Assembly (NCBI GenBank): GCA_965198005.1
Contig: CBDAOI010000004.1
Span: 32,001-96,000, forward strand
Reading direction: 5' to 3'
Length of the DNA stretch: 64,000 bases
Origin: Spirochaetia bacterium
GTDB taxonomy: Bacteria > Spirochaetota > Spirochaetia > SZUA-6 > Bin103
Shown: piece after piece, positions 19,575 to 29,398 of the stretch
How the letters are laid out: the number at the start of each line of letters is the position of its first letter
Position numbering within the stretch: position 1 is the first letter of the stretch
The notes under the pieces: model-generated
Database searches by the model: none
Told to the model about the DNA's origin: nothing
Seen by the model: only the letters and a program-made list of their open reading frames with translations
Program-made: the position numbers and the translations under genes

Positions 19575-22509
19575 ACTCGCCGCCCCGTTGCGGGACGTTC
19601 TGGAACATACGGGCTACTTGGCCGGCGGCGAGCCGGCAGCGCCCAGTGTTGCGCTCCACGGGTCCGACAATCACGTTCGGCTCCCCTCGTTCCGGCCCGA
19701 CGCATGGTGGCGGAGCAGCCCGGAGGCGACCGCTTGGCCGGGACGCTCCGACCTCAAGGTGTACTTCAAGTTCGTCGAACAGCCCGATCCCGTTGTCGTC
19801 GCGGAGTGGCAGCGGGAGGTTTGGAACCAGGGTTTCTGCCCCCTGCTGTGGCTCGTGTCCCCGGAGCGGATCGAGATCTACAACGGCTTCGGAGTCCCCC
19901 GAGAGCGCGAATCGGCCAGGCGACACGTGCTCGACACCTTCCAGTTCGTAGAGGATGAACTGGCGCGGCTCGACCGGTTGGCGGGGCGTCTGGCCATGGA
20001 GACGGGCCAATTCTGGCGACAAAGACCGGACGTGAATCGCGCTTCCAGCGTCGACCGCCAGTTGCTGCGCGCTCTGGCCGCACTGAAGGGCGATCTGGAG
20101 GCATCCCCAGCCGGGCTCTCCGGTGCTGATGCGCAGGCGCTTATAGGCCGCTGCATCTTCACACAATACCTGATCGATCGGCGGATCGTGGATCAGGATC
20201 GGCTGGAGCAGATCTGCGGCCACCGGGAGTTGCCCGGGGTTCTGCTCAGTCCCGATGCCACCGCGCGCTTGTTTGGCTGGCTGAGGGCGAGATTCAACGG
20301 CGACATGTTCTCACCGACCGAAGAGTCGGTTCCTGCCGTCCGGCATCTCCGGCGGATGCGCGACTTCCTCACGGCAACCGATCCGGTCAGCGGTCAGCGG
20401 TCTCTATTCCCCTACCGCTTCGAGGTCATTCCGGTGGAGCTGATCAGCGCGATTTACGAGCAATTCGTCCACTCGACAGGCACCTCCGAGCAGGCGACCG
20501 GGCAGCAGGTTGACGTGTTCTACACACCGCTCACCGCCGTTTCGCTGGTGATGGACGAAGTGTTCGCCGACCTGACCGGCGCCGAGAGCGTACTCGACTT
20601 GACCTGCGGGTCGGGAGTCTTTCTGGTGGAGGCGCTGCGCCGGCTGGTCTACCTGAAGGCCGATGGCGGTGTACCGACCCGCGCCGCGATCAGGCAGACG
20701 CTGCACGAGCAGGTCTACGGCGTCGACGTAAGCCCGGAAGCGGTGAACATTGCCGCGTTCAGCTTGTACTTGGCGGCGCTGGAGCTCGATCCCGACCCCC
20801 GTGACGCCGATGGCGTCAAGTTCCAGCCCCTGGTAGATCGCTCGCTGCGCGTGAGCGACGCATTCCACGTGGACCTGGGACCGCGGAAGTTCGACGTCAT
20901 CGTTGGCAATCCACCGTGGAGCTTCCAAGGACGAATGGGGACCAGCGTCCGGCGCACACGTAGTCCAGGGGCTGCCCGGTCACCCCGCGGCGAGAGTCTC
21001 GACTTCGTTACACATGCCATGCGGTTCGCTCACGGCCGCACCAGGTTCGGCGTCGTTCTGAGCGCGACGCCGTTCTTCACCCGGAGCGCCACCGGTATCG
21101 CCGCCGCGCGGAGGCTGGTCGAATCGCTCGGCCCGGTGACGCTGGTCAACCTGTCGGAATTGTCGAAATGGCTGTTTCCGCGGGCCAACATGCCGGCGAT
21201 GGCGCTGGTCGCGCGGCACACGCGGCAGCGGGCGGACCGTATGACCCTGGTGCAGGCGCGCTGGTCGCCTGCGGGCGAGCTCAGTCACACCATCGAGATT
21301 GCGCCGGGAGACGTTACGACGCTGCCCATAGCCAGTTGGCAGCGCAACCCCGGCTTGTTCAAGGCGGCGTTCCTCGGGCGCCGTCACGACCTGCTGTTGC
21401 TCGACGACCTGTGGGAAAACCTCGAACCGCTGGACGCCCGGCTTCGCGCGCTCGGTACCGCGTTGAGGTCTGGCTTGATCTTCGGCGACCGCAGCCGCGA
21501 CTCGGAGTTTCTGAAGGGGCTTCCATTCGTCCAGCGGAGGGACATCGGTCACTTCATGCTGCCGCCAAGCCTGCCAAAGTTCGATCAGGATCGCGCGGAG
21601 AGGCCACGAGGAATTGACACGTATCGTGCTCCTCTTCTGCTCATCAAGGAGTTCCTACTCAAAAAACGCCCCCGCCTGTTTGTTGCGGTGGCTGAGCAAG
21701 ATACAGTGTATTCCGACGCCTGTTTCGGCGTGTCGTTTGGTGCCGCCGGGTCGGATGCAGCCCACCTTGCTGCAGGAATCCTCGGTTCAGCGCTGGCGAC
21801 ATGGTACTTCCTGATGACCGGTTCGGCATTCGGAATATGGATGCGGCGCGTGAAACGCTCGGACATCGGGGCCTTGCCAGCGCCCGACCTCGAGCAGGCG
21901 CTGGGGTCCGAAGCTGGGATACGCATCGTACGGCTCGTGCGCGCGTTCCATGACCGTGCGGGCGAGCCTGAATGGAGGTCGCTCGATGACGCGGTTTTCG
22001 ACCTTTATGGGTTCGACGACGAGGATCGTGTCGTCGTCCGGGACGGGTTATTTCAGGCGAGTTGGCAGTGGCAAAAAGGGAAACTGAACTCCGTCGAACC
22101 TGCCGATGAAGCTGACCTGAAGAAATACGCTCGAGCGTTCCTTGCGACGATGGACGCGTGGCTGGGCGTGGCGAATCGCAGACGGATGCGAGCCGAAATA
22201 TATCGTGTGCCGGATGAGGCGCCGCTCCGCGTCATCCGTTTCGTGCTGGAGGAAGCTCCCGGGCCGTCCCGCGAGGTGAAGGCCATCACGCCGAATGGGC
22301 CACTGAGCAGCGTGCTGGCCAGCATCGGCGAGCGAACCAGCGTGCGGATCACGGACGAACTGGTTGGACTGCGCGACCTGCGCGTCCACGCGGAGGACGA
22401 AGTCTCGATCATCAAACCGGCCGCGCGCCGCAACTGGTTGCGCGTTCAGGCGCTGGAAGATGCCGATGGCGTAGTGAGCGCCAGCGTGTACACCGGCGGC
22501 GCGCCGTGA
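19567..22509 (+). CDS. Type IIG/Eco57I-like N6-adenine methyltransferase with TRD
   Basis: ISAIYE, FYTP, LDLTCGSGVFL (motif I), GNPPW (motif IV); N-terminal REase-like region has no canonical E-x-K. Confidence 0.88.
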   Translation: MSKLAAPLRDVLEHTGYLAGGEPAAPSVALHGSDNHVRLPSFRPDAWWRSSPEATAWPGRSDLKVYFKFVEQPDPVVVAEWQREVWNQGFCPLLWLVSPERIEIYNGFGVPRERESARRHVLDTFQFVEDELARLDRLAGRLAMETGQFWRQRPDVNRASSVDRQLLRALAALKGDLEASPAGLSGADAQALIGRCIFTQYLIDRRIVDQDRLEQICGHRELPGVLLSPDATARLFGWLRARFNGDMFSPTEESVPAVRHLRRMRDFLTATDPVSGQRSLFPYRFEVIPVELISAIYEQFVHSTGTSEQATGQQVDVFYTPLTAVSLVMDEVFADLTGAESVLDLTCGSGVFLVEALRRLVYLKADGGVPTRAAIRQTLHEQVYGVDVSPEAVNIAAFSLYLAALELDPDPRDADGVKFQPLVDRSLRVSDAFHVDLGPRKFDVIVGNPPWSFQGRMGTSVRRTRSPGAARSPRGESLDFVTHAMRFAHGRTRFGVVLSATPFFTRSATGIAAARRLVESLGPVTLVNLSELSKWLFPRANMPAMALVARHTRQRADRMTLVQARWSPAGELSHTIEIAPGDVTTLPIASWQRNPGLFKAAFLGRRHDLLLLDDLWENLEPLDARLRALGTALRSGLIFGDRSRDSEFLKGLPFVQRRDIGHFMLPPSLPKFDQDRAERPRGIDTYRAPLLLIKEFLLKKRPRLFVAVAEQDTVYSDACFGVSFGAAGSDAAHLAAGILGSALATWYFLMTGSAFGIWMRRVKRSDIGALPAPDLEQALGSEAGIRIVRLVRAFHDRAGEPEWRSLDDAVFDLYGFDDEDRVVVRDGLFQASWQWQKGKLNSVEPADEADLKKYARAFLATMDAWLGVANRRRMRAEIYRVPDEAPLRVIRFVLEEAPGPSREVKAITPNGPLSSVLASIGERTSVRITDELVGLRDLRVHAEDEVSIIKPAARRNWLRVQALEDADGVVSASVYTGGAP

Positions 22510-23177
22510 GCTTTGGTACCTTACATCCGGATGTCGGCCCCCGGTTCGTCGACATCGGGCTGGAGCGTAGCATCACGACGATGTACATCGTTGAGGCCGG
22601 CTGGCGCCGGGCGATGGGATCGGAGTCGGTTAGCATGCAGTCCGGCGAAGTAGAAATCACCGAGTGCCTACGCGAAGGAATGAGAGCGGAACTGAACGAA
22701 CGAACTGGAACTTGGTGCAAAAGGACGACGATTCTTCCCGGAACTGAATCCCGCTCCAGTTCGGCAACCTCGAAGCCGGACGGTCGCACGGACATACCCA
22801 TCTATTTCCAGGAGGTTCGCGAAACATTCGATGACCACGATCCGCATGCGATCATCGAGTGCAAGCGAGTGGCAGGGCAGGACGCGGCACTCTGCCGGCT
22901 CTACGTGGTCGACGGGATAGATCGCTTCGCAAGGGGGAAGTACGCCGAACGACATGCCGTCGCGTTCATGGCCGGGTACGTGCTGTCCGGCACCGTCGGC
23001 GCCGTAACCAGTAGGATCAACCGCTACCTGTCCGGCCGCGGGCGTGCCGCCGAGCACCTGAATCCGTGCACCGTTCTGGCCCAAGCATGGGCGCGCAGCA
23101 GTCGTCATCCCCGGCACCCACCGGCTGCGCCGATCGAACTGCACCACGCGTTCTTAACGGTTCAGGCGGTTCCCTGA
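22506..23177 (+). CDS. Putative PD-(D/E)xK nuclease-fold protein
   Basis: GRTDI...IIECKRV...YVVDGIDRF..GKY; GTGA overlap with the MTase gene. Confidence 0.7.
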   Translation: MSFGTLHPDVGPRFVDIGLERSITTMYIVEAGWRRAMGSESVSMQSGEVEITECLREGMRAELNERTGTWCKRTTILPGTESRSSSATSKPDGRTDIPIYFQEVRETFDDHDPHAIIECKRVAGQDAALCRLYVVDGIDRFARGKYAERHAVAFMAGYVLSGTVGAVTSRINRYLSGRGRAAEHLNPCTVLAQAWARSSRHPRHPPAAPIELHHAFLTVQAVP

Positions 23178-23189
23178 CGGCTGCGCCGC

Positions 23190-25874
23190 ATGCTCAATCG
23201 CTACTCGTCCCGCCGCGAACCACTTGACGCTGGCTTTCTGAACGCCCGGCTCGCTGGCGCCCGGAGCTACGACCGCATTGCCGGATACTTCTCGTCGTCG
23301 ATCTTGGAAGTCGCGGGAGAGGCGCTGCAACATGTGACCGGGCAGATTCGCGTGGTCTGCAACTCGGCGCTCACGCGGGAGGACGTGGAGGTCGCGAAGG
23401 CCGCGCAGGCGGCCATGCGGCGAGAGTGGTGTGACTCCCGTCCCGAGCAGTTGGGTGATGGGGCCAAGCCGCGCTTCACACGGCTCTACCAGTGGTTGCG
23501 GTCCGGCAAGATCGAGATTCGCGTGCTGCCCGATGACGCCTTCGGGCTGATTCATGGCAAAGCCGGCGTGGTAACGCTGGCGGACGGTCGGCGTACGTCA
23601 TTCCTCGGCAGCGCGAACGAGACCGGGGCGGCGTTCCGCCTCAACTACGAACTGATCTGGGAGGACGATTCGTCGGACGCGGTGGCGTGGGTGCAGGAAG
23701 AATTCGACTCGCTGTGGTCGTCGCCCCACGCAGTGCGGCTGACCAATTTCGTGATCCAGGATCTGGAGCGGCTGTCACGTCGCGAGTCGGTAGGCGACGT
23801 GAGCCGCTGGCGGGAGGAGCCGGATCCCGCCTCGGTCGTGGTCGAAGCGCCGGTCTACCGGAAAGAAGTCGGGCTCTGGGAACATCAGAAGCACTTCGTA
23901 AAGCTTGCCTTCGACGCTCATCGCGGCCCGCACGGCGCCCGCTTCGTGCTGGCCGATCAGGTAGGGCTCGGCAAGACGCTGCAATTGGCGATGGCGGCTC
24001 AGCTCATGGCGCTGGCGGGGGACGGGCCGGTGCTGGTGCTCGCTCCGAAGCCGCTGCTGCAGCAATGGCAGGACGAGCTTGATACGCTGCTCGGCCTGCC
24101 GTCGGCAGTGTGGGACGGCTCCCAATGGGTAGACGAGCGCGGCGTCGAGCATCCCGGTGCGGGCGACGAGTCCATCCGGCGCTGCCCGCGCCGCGTCGGC
24201 ATCGTCTCCACGGGGTTGATCACGCGCGGCTCCGAGGTGGTGGAGTGGCTCGCGAACATGCGCTTCGAGTGCGTGATTCTGGACGAAGCACACCGTGCCC
24301 GGCGACGCTTCCAGCCGGGGCAGCCCGGCAGGGGCAAGCCAAACAATCTGTTGCGGTTCCTGCGGCGCATCTCGCCGCGCACGAAGAGCCTGCTCCTCGC
24401 CACTGCCACGCCCGTGCAGCTTCACCCCATCGAGGCGTTCGATCTGCTGGATGCGCTGGCTCAGAGCTCGGATGCGGTGCTGGGGTCCGCCGGCAGCCGC
24501 TGGCGCCAGCCGCAGGCGTCGCTCGACCTGCTGCTGGGAAAAGCGACGCTACCGACGGATTTCCACGAGCGTTGGGACTGGTTTCGCAATCCGTTGCCCC
24601 CACGTTCGGAAGGGGCTCAGTTCCAGATCCTCCGCCGTTCGCTGCCGTTGACGGACGAGCACGCCTACGCCCCCGGCGCCGCGGTGGACCGGCTGCGTCC
24701 GGCGGACCGGCAGCGCATCGATGACGGATTCGCACGCTTCGTAGAGCGCCACAACCCCTACATTCGGAGCATCATCCGGCGGACGCGCGAGTATCTCGAA
24801 TCGACGCCAGATCCGCAAACCGGCGAGCCGTACCTCACGCCCGTGCGCGTTCGGCTGCACGGGGAAGCGGCTGCCGATGCGCTCACGCTGCCGCCGTTCC
24901 TTGAAGATGCCTACGAACGCGCGGAGGAGTTCTGTCGGCTGATCGGCGCGCGCGCCAACGCCGGCTTGTTCCGCACCATGCTGCTCCGTCGCATGGGCAG
25001 CACGATCGAAGCAGGACGTCTCACGGTGGCCCGGATCCTCGGCGGCTGGCAAGGCCGTGACGACGAGGAGGAGGACGAAGACCGGGATAGTCAGCTTCGC
25101 GCGTTGACCAACGAGGAACGGCGGGCGCTGCTTCGTCTCATTCAGGCAATGGAGGCGAACCTGGAGCAAGACCCGAAGCTGGCCGCAGTGACACGCTTGC
25201 TCGTAGACGACGGGTGGCTGGATCGTGGATGCATCGTCTTCAGCCAGTATTACGACTCGGTTTGGTGGCTTGCCACCCAGCTCACGCATGAGCTGTCGGA
25301 CATGGAGATCGGCATCTATGCCGGTGCGAACCGCTCCGGCGTAATGCACAACGGCACGTTCGCACGGAAGCGACGGGACGAACTGAGAGACGCGGTGCGC
25401 CGGGGCGAAGTCCGGCTTCTCCTCGGCACGGATGCGGCGTCAGAGGGACTGAATCTACAACGCCTCGGCACGCTCATCAACCTGGACCTTCCGTGGAACC
25501 CCTCTCGTCTGGAACAGCGCAAAGGGCGCATCCAGCGTATCGGTCAGCTTCGGTCCGAAGTCGATGTCTACAACATGCGTTACGCCGGCTCGGTAGAGGA
25601 TCGCGTCCACGAGCTTCTCTCTGAGCGCCTGGAGAACATATCCCGCCTGTTCGGCCAGTTGCCCGACACGCTCGAAGACGTCTGGGTGCAGGTCGCGTTG
25701 GGACAGGCGGAAGACGCGAAGCAAACTATCGACGCCGTACCGCAGCAGCATCCCTTCGAGCTGCGCTACCGTGAAGTGAGCCACATCGACTGGGAGTCCT
25801 GCGCCAGGGTGTTGGACGACGCCGCCAGGAGGCAAAATTTGTCTCGAGGATGGCTTGATCGCAGAGCAGAGTAG
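23190..25874 (+). CDS. PLD-nuclease / SNF2 helicase of the restriction-like system
   Basis: IHGKAG...GSAN (PLD), LADQVGLGKT, DEAH, ATATP, SEGLNLQ and EQRKGRIQRIGQ motifs. Confidence 0.93.
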   Translation: MLNRYSSRREPLDAGFLNARLAGARSYDRIAGYFSSSILEVAGEALQHVTGQIRVVCNSALTREDVEVAKAAQAAMRREWCDSRPEQLGDGAKPRFTRLYQWLRSGKIEIRVLPDDAFGLIHGKAGVVTLADGRRTSFLGSANETGAAFRLNYELIWEDDSSDAVAWVQEEFDSLWSSPHAVRLTNFVIQDLERLSRRESVGDVSRWREEPDPASVVVEAPVYRKEVGLWEHQKHFVKLAFDAHRGPHGARFVLADQVGLGKTLQLAMAAQLMALAGDGPVLVLAPKPLLQQWQDELDTLLGLPSAVWDGSQWVDERGVEHPGAGDESIRRCPRRVGIVSTGLITRGSEVVEWLANMRFECVILDEAHRARRRFQPGQPGRGKPNNLLRFLRRISPRTKSLLLATATPVQLHPIEAFDLLDALAQSSDAVLGSAGSRWRQPQASLDLLLGKATLPTDFHERWDWFRNPLPPRSEGAQFQILRRSLPLTDEHAYAPGAAVDRLRPADRQRIDDGFARFVERHNPYIRSIIRRTREYLESTPDPQTGEPYLTPVRVRLHGEAAADALTLPPFLEDAYERAEEFCRLIGARANAGLFRTMLLRRMGSTIEAGRLTVARILGGWQGRDDEEEDEDRDSQLRALTNEERRALLRLIQAMEANLEQDPKLAAVTRLLVDDGWLDRGCIVFSQYYDSVWWLATQLTHELSDMEIGIYAGANRSGVMHNGTFARKRRDELRDAVRRGEVRLLLGTDAASEGLNLQRLGTLINLDLPWNPSRLEQRKGRIQRIGQLRSEVDVYNMRYAGSVEDRVHELLSERLENISRLFGQLPDTLEDVWVQVALGQAEDAKQTIDAVPQQHPFELRYREVSHIDWESCARVLDDAARRQNLSRGWLDRRAE

Positions 25875-26005
25875 TTCCCATCGTAATGACAATGTCCTAT
25901 AGAAATCACGTCCCCCGAACGAGAAGTCTACTTTCATTGGAAAGGGTGTCGAAAATTGACAGAAACGTGGTCGTCATGCCGTTGGTGGAAGTGCGCGGGT
26001 AGAGC

Positions 26006-26200
26006 TTATCGCCACGAGAGTTTCTGATCCTCCTGCGCGGCCTTGATTGTCTCCTCTCGAATCTGGTCGAGCTCCTTCAACGCCTTGTCGCTGATCGTCA
26101 GCGTGACGCCGACTTTGCTGGCGGGGATCGTTGTCCTCTTTGAGTGGTCCGCGCCCTCTCGGGACGGCAGGGCGCTGTCACGGGCTTTTTGCGTTGGCAT
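26006..26200 (-). CDS. Small hypothetical protein
   Basis: ATG 26200 with GGAGG upstream; MPTQKARD...VTLTISDKALKELDQIRE (RHH-like pattern, weak). Confidence 0.45.
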   Translation of the reverse strand: MPTQKARDSALPSREGADHSKRTTIPASKVGVTLTISDKALKELDQIREETIKAAQEDQKLSWR

Positions 26201-26350
26201 AGAGTGAACCTCCGGGTTCGCATTTCGGTGACCGAGACGCATGCGCCGCCGGCCCCTCCAAGCGGTTCAGTTTGAATGTTATAGCATGTCGGTCTCTGCG
26301 CCAAGCCGGGTTGGCCGGCGGGGGTGCATGTTTTGGTGTGGTTAGCCCAA

Positions 26351-27160
26351 TCAACGGGAGTGGGTGAGTTTGGGGACGGCGGCGTAGAGGCGTTGGGTGT
26401 AGTGGTGGCGGGGGTTGGTGGCCAGCTCGCGGGCGGGGGCTTCTTCGACCAGGCGGCCGGCCTGCATCACGCCGACGCGGTCGCAGAAGTAGGTGACCAC
26501 GGCCAGGTCGTGGGAGATGAACAGCAGGGTCAGGCCCAGCTCGCGGCGCAGGCGTTGCAGCAGGTCGAGGATCTGGCTGCGGATCGACACGTCGAGGGCG
26601 GAGACGATCTCGTCGCAGATGATGGTCTCGGGCTGGACGATCAGGGCGCGGGCAATGGCGACGCGCTGGCGCTGGCCGCCGGAGAAGTCGGGTGGGCGGC
26701 GGCTCAGGTGGCGGGCGGCGAGCCCCACCGCCTCCAGCGCGGCCAGGGCGCGTTCGCGGCCGTCGTCCAGGCCGCGCCAGCTCGAGGTGTAGCGCAGGCC
26801 GGCGAGCAGGATCGACTCGACCCGCATGCGCGGGTTGAGGGAGCGGGCGGGATCCTGGAACACGTAGGCCAGCCGGGTGCGCAACTCGCGCCGCGCGCGG
26901 GCGCCCGAGCGGACGACGTCGTGCACCTCACCGGCGCGGTCGCGGTAGGTGATGGCGCCGCGGTCGGGCCGGTACATGCCCACCGCCAGCCGGGCGGTGG
27001 TGGTCTTGCCGCTGCCCGATTCGCCCACCAGCCCGTAGGTTTCGCCCGCGCCGATGCGCAGGCTCACCTCGCGCACCGCGTACACGTGGCGCCGGGCGGC
27101 GGCGAAGTAGCCCGCCTTGAGGGCGAACCGCTTGCTGACCGCGTCCAGGGTCAGCATCAC
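26351..27160 (-). CDS. Peptide ABC transporter ATP-binding protein (OppF/DppF-like)
   Basis: GESGSGKT, FSGGQRQR, CDEIVSALD. Confidence 0.93.
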   Translation of the reverse strand: MMLTLDAVSKRFALKAGYFAAARRHVYAVREVSLRIGAGETYGLVGESGSGKTTTARLAVGMYRPDRGAITYRDRAGEVHDVVRSGARARRELRTRLAYVFQDPARSLNPRMRVESILLAGLRYTSSWRGLDDGRERALAALEAVGLAARHLSRRPPDFSGGQRQRVAIARALIVQPETIICDEIVSALDVSIRSQILDLLQRLRRELGLTLLFISHDLAVVTYFCDRVGVMQAGRLVEEAPARELATNPRHHYTQRLYAAVPKLTHSR

Positions 27161-28227
27161 GCTTCCTCCGGCTGCGCCGCGGCCAGGGCGCCCGGCTTGG
27201 CCCCCGGCAGCAGGCAGCGATGGCGGATGCTGCCGGCAGCCCAGGGGGCGGCGACAGGCGCGTCCGCCCTTTCTGCGACCAGCGGCGGTATGCCGCCGGT
27301 GCAGCGCTCTTCGGCCAGCGCGCAGCGCGGCGCGAACGGGCAGCCCGGTTCCGGGTGCAGCGGATCGGGCACGTTGCCGGGGATGGCGTACAGCGGCTGC
27401 TCGGTGTAGTGCACCCCGAGCGGCAGGTGGGCGTCGAGCAGCGCGCGCGTGTAGGGGTGGCGCGGCGCATGCAGGACGGCGGTCGCGGGACCCTGCTCCA
27501 TCACCAGCCCGCCGTACATCACCACCAGGCGGTCGGCGATCTGGCCGACCAGGGCCAAGTCGTGGCTGATGAACAGGATCGCCAGCCCGCGCGCGGCGCG
27601 CAAGTGCAGCAGCAGCTCCACCACCTGCGCCTGCACCGTGACGTCGAGCGCGGTGGTCGGCTCGTCGGCGATCAGCACCTCCGGGTCCGCGGCCAGGGCG
27701 TGGGCGATCATCACCCGCTGCAACATGCCGCCGGAGAACTGGTGCGGGAAGCTGGCCAGGCGGCGCTCCGCCTCGGCGATGCCCACCTCCTCCAGCAGCG
27801 CCACCGAGCGGGCGCGCAGCGCTGCCGGCTCCAGCTCCGGGCGGTGCGTGCGCAGGGTCTCGGCCAGGGAGCGCTCGATCGAGTAGATCGGATCGAACGA
27901 GCGCGCCGGCTCCTGGAAGATCATGCCGACCCGGCCGCCGCGCAGCCGCTGCAGCTCCGCCGGCGTCATGGTCACGACGTCGGCACCGCGGAAGCGCAGC
28001 CGGCGCGCGCTCACCCGGGCGTGCGGCAGCAGCCGCAACAGCGCCTGCGCGGTCACGCTCTTGCCCGACCCGCTTTCGCCCACCACGCCCACCACGGTGC
28101 CGGTGTCGAGCTCCAGGTCGACGCCGCGCACCGCGTACAACGGCCCGCGTTCGGTAGTGAACGTCACCGTGAGCCCCGCCACCTCGTACAGCCGTGCAGC
28201 GTCCCGTGCAGCGTCCCGTTCAGCCAC
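27157..28227 (-). CDS. Peptide ABC transporter ATP-binding protein (OppD/DppD-like)
   Basis: GESGSGKS, FSGGMLQR, ADEPTTALD, HPYT, GCPFAPRC. Confidence 0.93.
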   Translation of the reverse strand: MAERDAARDAARLYEVAGLTVTFTTERGPLYAVRGVDLELDTGTVVGVVGESGSGKSVTAQALLRLLPHARVSARRLRFRGADVVTMTPAELQRLRGGRVGMIFQEPARSFDPIYSIERSLAETLRTHRPELEPAALRARSVALLEEVGIAEAERRLASFPHQFSGGMLQRVMIAHALAADPEVLIADEPTTALDVTVQAQVVELLLHLRAARGLAILFISHDLALVGQIADRLVVMYGGLVMEQGPATAVLHAPRHPYTRALLDAHLPLGVHYTEQPLYAIPGNVPDPLHPEPGCPFAPRCALAEERCTGGIPPLVAERADAPVAAPWAAGSIRHRCLLPGAKPGALAAAQPEEA

Positions 28228-29398
28228 GCGCCGGCTCCCGGTGATAGGGATCGAACAGGTCGCGCAGGAAGTCGCCGAGGAAGTTGAACCCCAGCGTCAC
28301 CAGCAGCAGCGCCACGCCGGGGTAGAGGAACCAGGGGAAGCTGCGCAGGTTGCTGAGCGAGGTGACGTTGCGGTTCAGCATCGAGCCCCAGCTCACGGCC
28401 GGGTCGGCGATCCCCAGCCCCAGGTAGGAGAGTATCGTCTCCCCGAGGATGAAGCCGGGGATGCCCAGGGCGACGCTGACGATCAGGATCGAGGCCATCT
28501 GCGGAATGATCTGGGTGACGATGATCGCCAGCGGCGGGATGCCCTGGAGCTGCGCCGCGGCGACGAAGTCCTCGGTCTTGATGCTGTGCACCATGCCGCG
28601 GATCAGGCGCGCGGTGCCGGGCCAGCCCACCAGCGACAGAATCACGGTCATGATGAAGTACGACTGCCCGGAGTCCAGGTCGTGCGACAGAACGGAGCGC
28701 AGGAACAGGATCAGGTAGAGGCCCGGGATCAGGATGAAGAACTCCGCGATGCGCATGATGGCCCAGTCGACCGCCCCGCCGTAGTACCCCGCCAGCCCGC
28801 CCAGAATGATCGCTGCGGTCAGCGACAGGGAGACGCCGATGAAGCCGATGGTCAGGGAGATGCGCGAGCCGTACAGGATGCGCGAGAAGAGGTCGCGGCC
28901 CAGGTGATCGGACCCCAGCAGGAACACCGGATACGCCTGCCCGCCGCCCTGCCAGCGATCCGCGCCCACCCCGCCCGCTCCGGCCGGCGCGCGCACGGTC
29001 GCGCCCTCCGCGTCGACGTAGGGCGCCGTGGTGCCGAACAGGTGCACCCGCAACGGCACCAGCCCCCACAGCCGGTACTCGGGCCCGGGCACCAACAGCC
29101 GCACCCGATAGTGCTGGCCGCGGATGCGCGCGTAGCGGCGGCTCACTTCGTCGACCAGGACCCGATGCTGCACCTGCGGCCCGAACCCCAGTTCGCGCGA
29201 GTAGAAGCTCAGCGCGGGGGGCTGGTGGGTGTGGAAGCGGAAGGTGGTGGTGGGGTGGTAGGGCGCCAGGAACTCCGCCAGCAGCATCGCGCCGTACAGC
29301 AGCGCCAGCACCAGCACCGAAGCCGCCGCTACCGGCCGCGCCCGCAGCCGGCGCCACGCCGCCGCCCCCCGCCTGCGGCGGCCAACCGGCTCAGCCAT
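28220..29398 (-). CDS. Peptide ABC transporter permease (OppC-like)
   Basis: LGSDHLGRDLFSR, FVAAA..G, ETILSYLGLG, SWG. Confidence 0.93.
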   Translation of the reverse strand: MAEPVGRRRRGAAAWRRLRARPVAAASVLVLALLYGAMLLAEFLAPYHPTTTFRFHTHQPPALSFYSRELGFGPQVQHRVLVDEVSRRYARIRGQHYRVRLLVPGPEYRLWGLVPLRVHLFGTTAPYVDAEGATVRAPAGAGGVGADRWQGGGQAYPVFLLGSDHLGRDLFSRILYGSRISLTIGFIGVSLSLTAAIILGGLAGYYGGAVDWAIMRIAEFFILIPGLYLILFLRSVLSHDLDSGQSYFIMTVILSLVGWPGTARLIRGMVHSIKTEDFVAAAQLQGIPPLAIIVTQIIPQMASILIVSVALGIPGFILGETILSYLGLGIADPAVSWGSMLNRNVTSLSNLRSFPWFLYPGVALLLVTLGFNFLGDFLRDLFDPYHREPARG

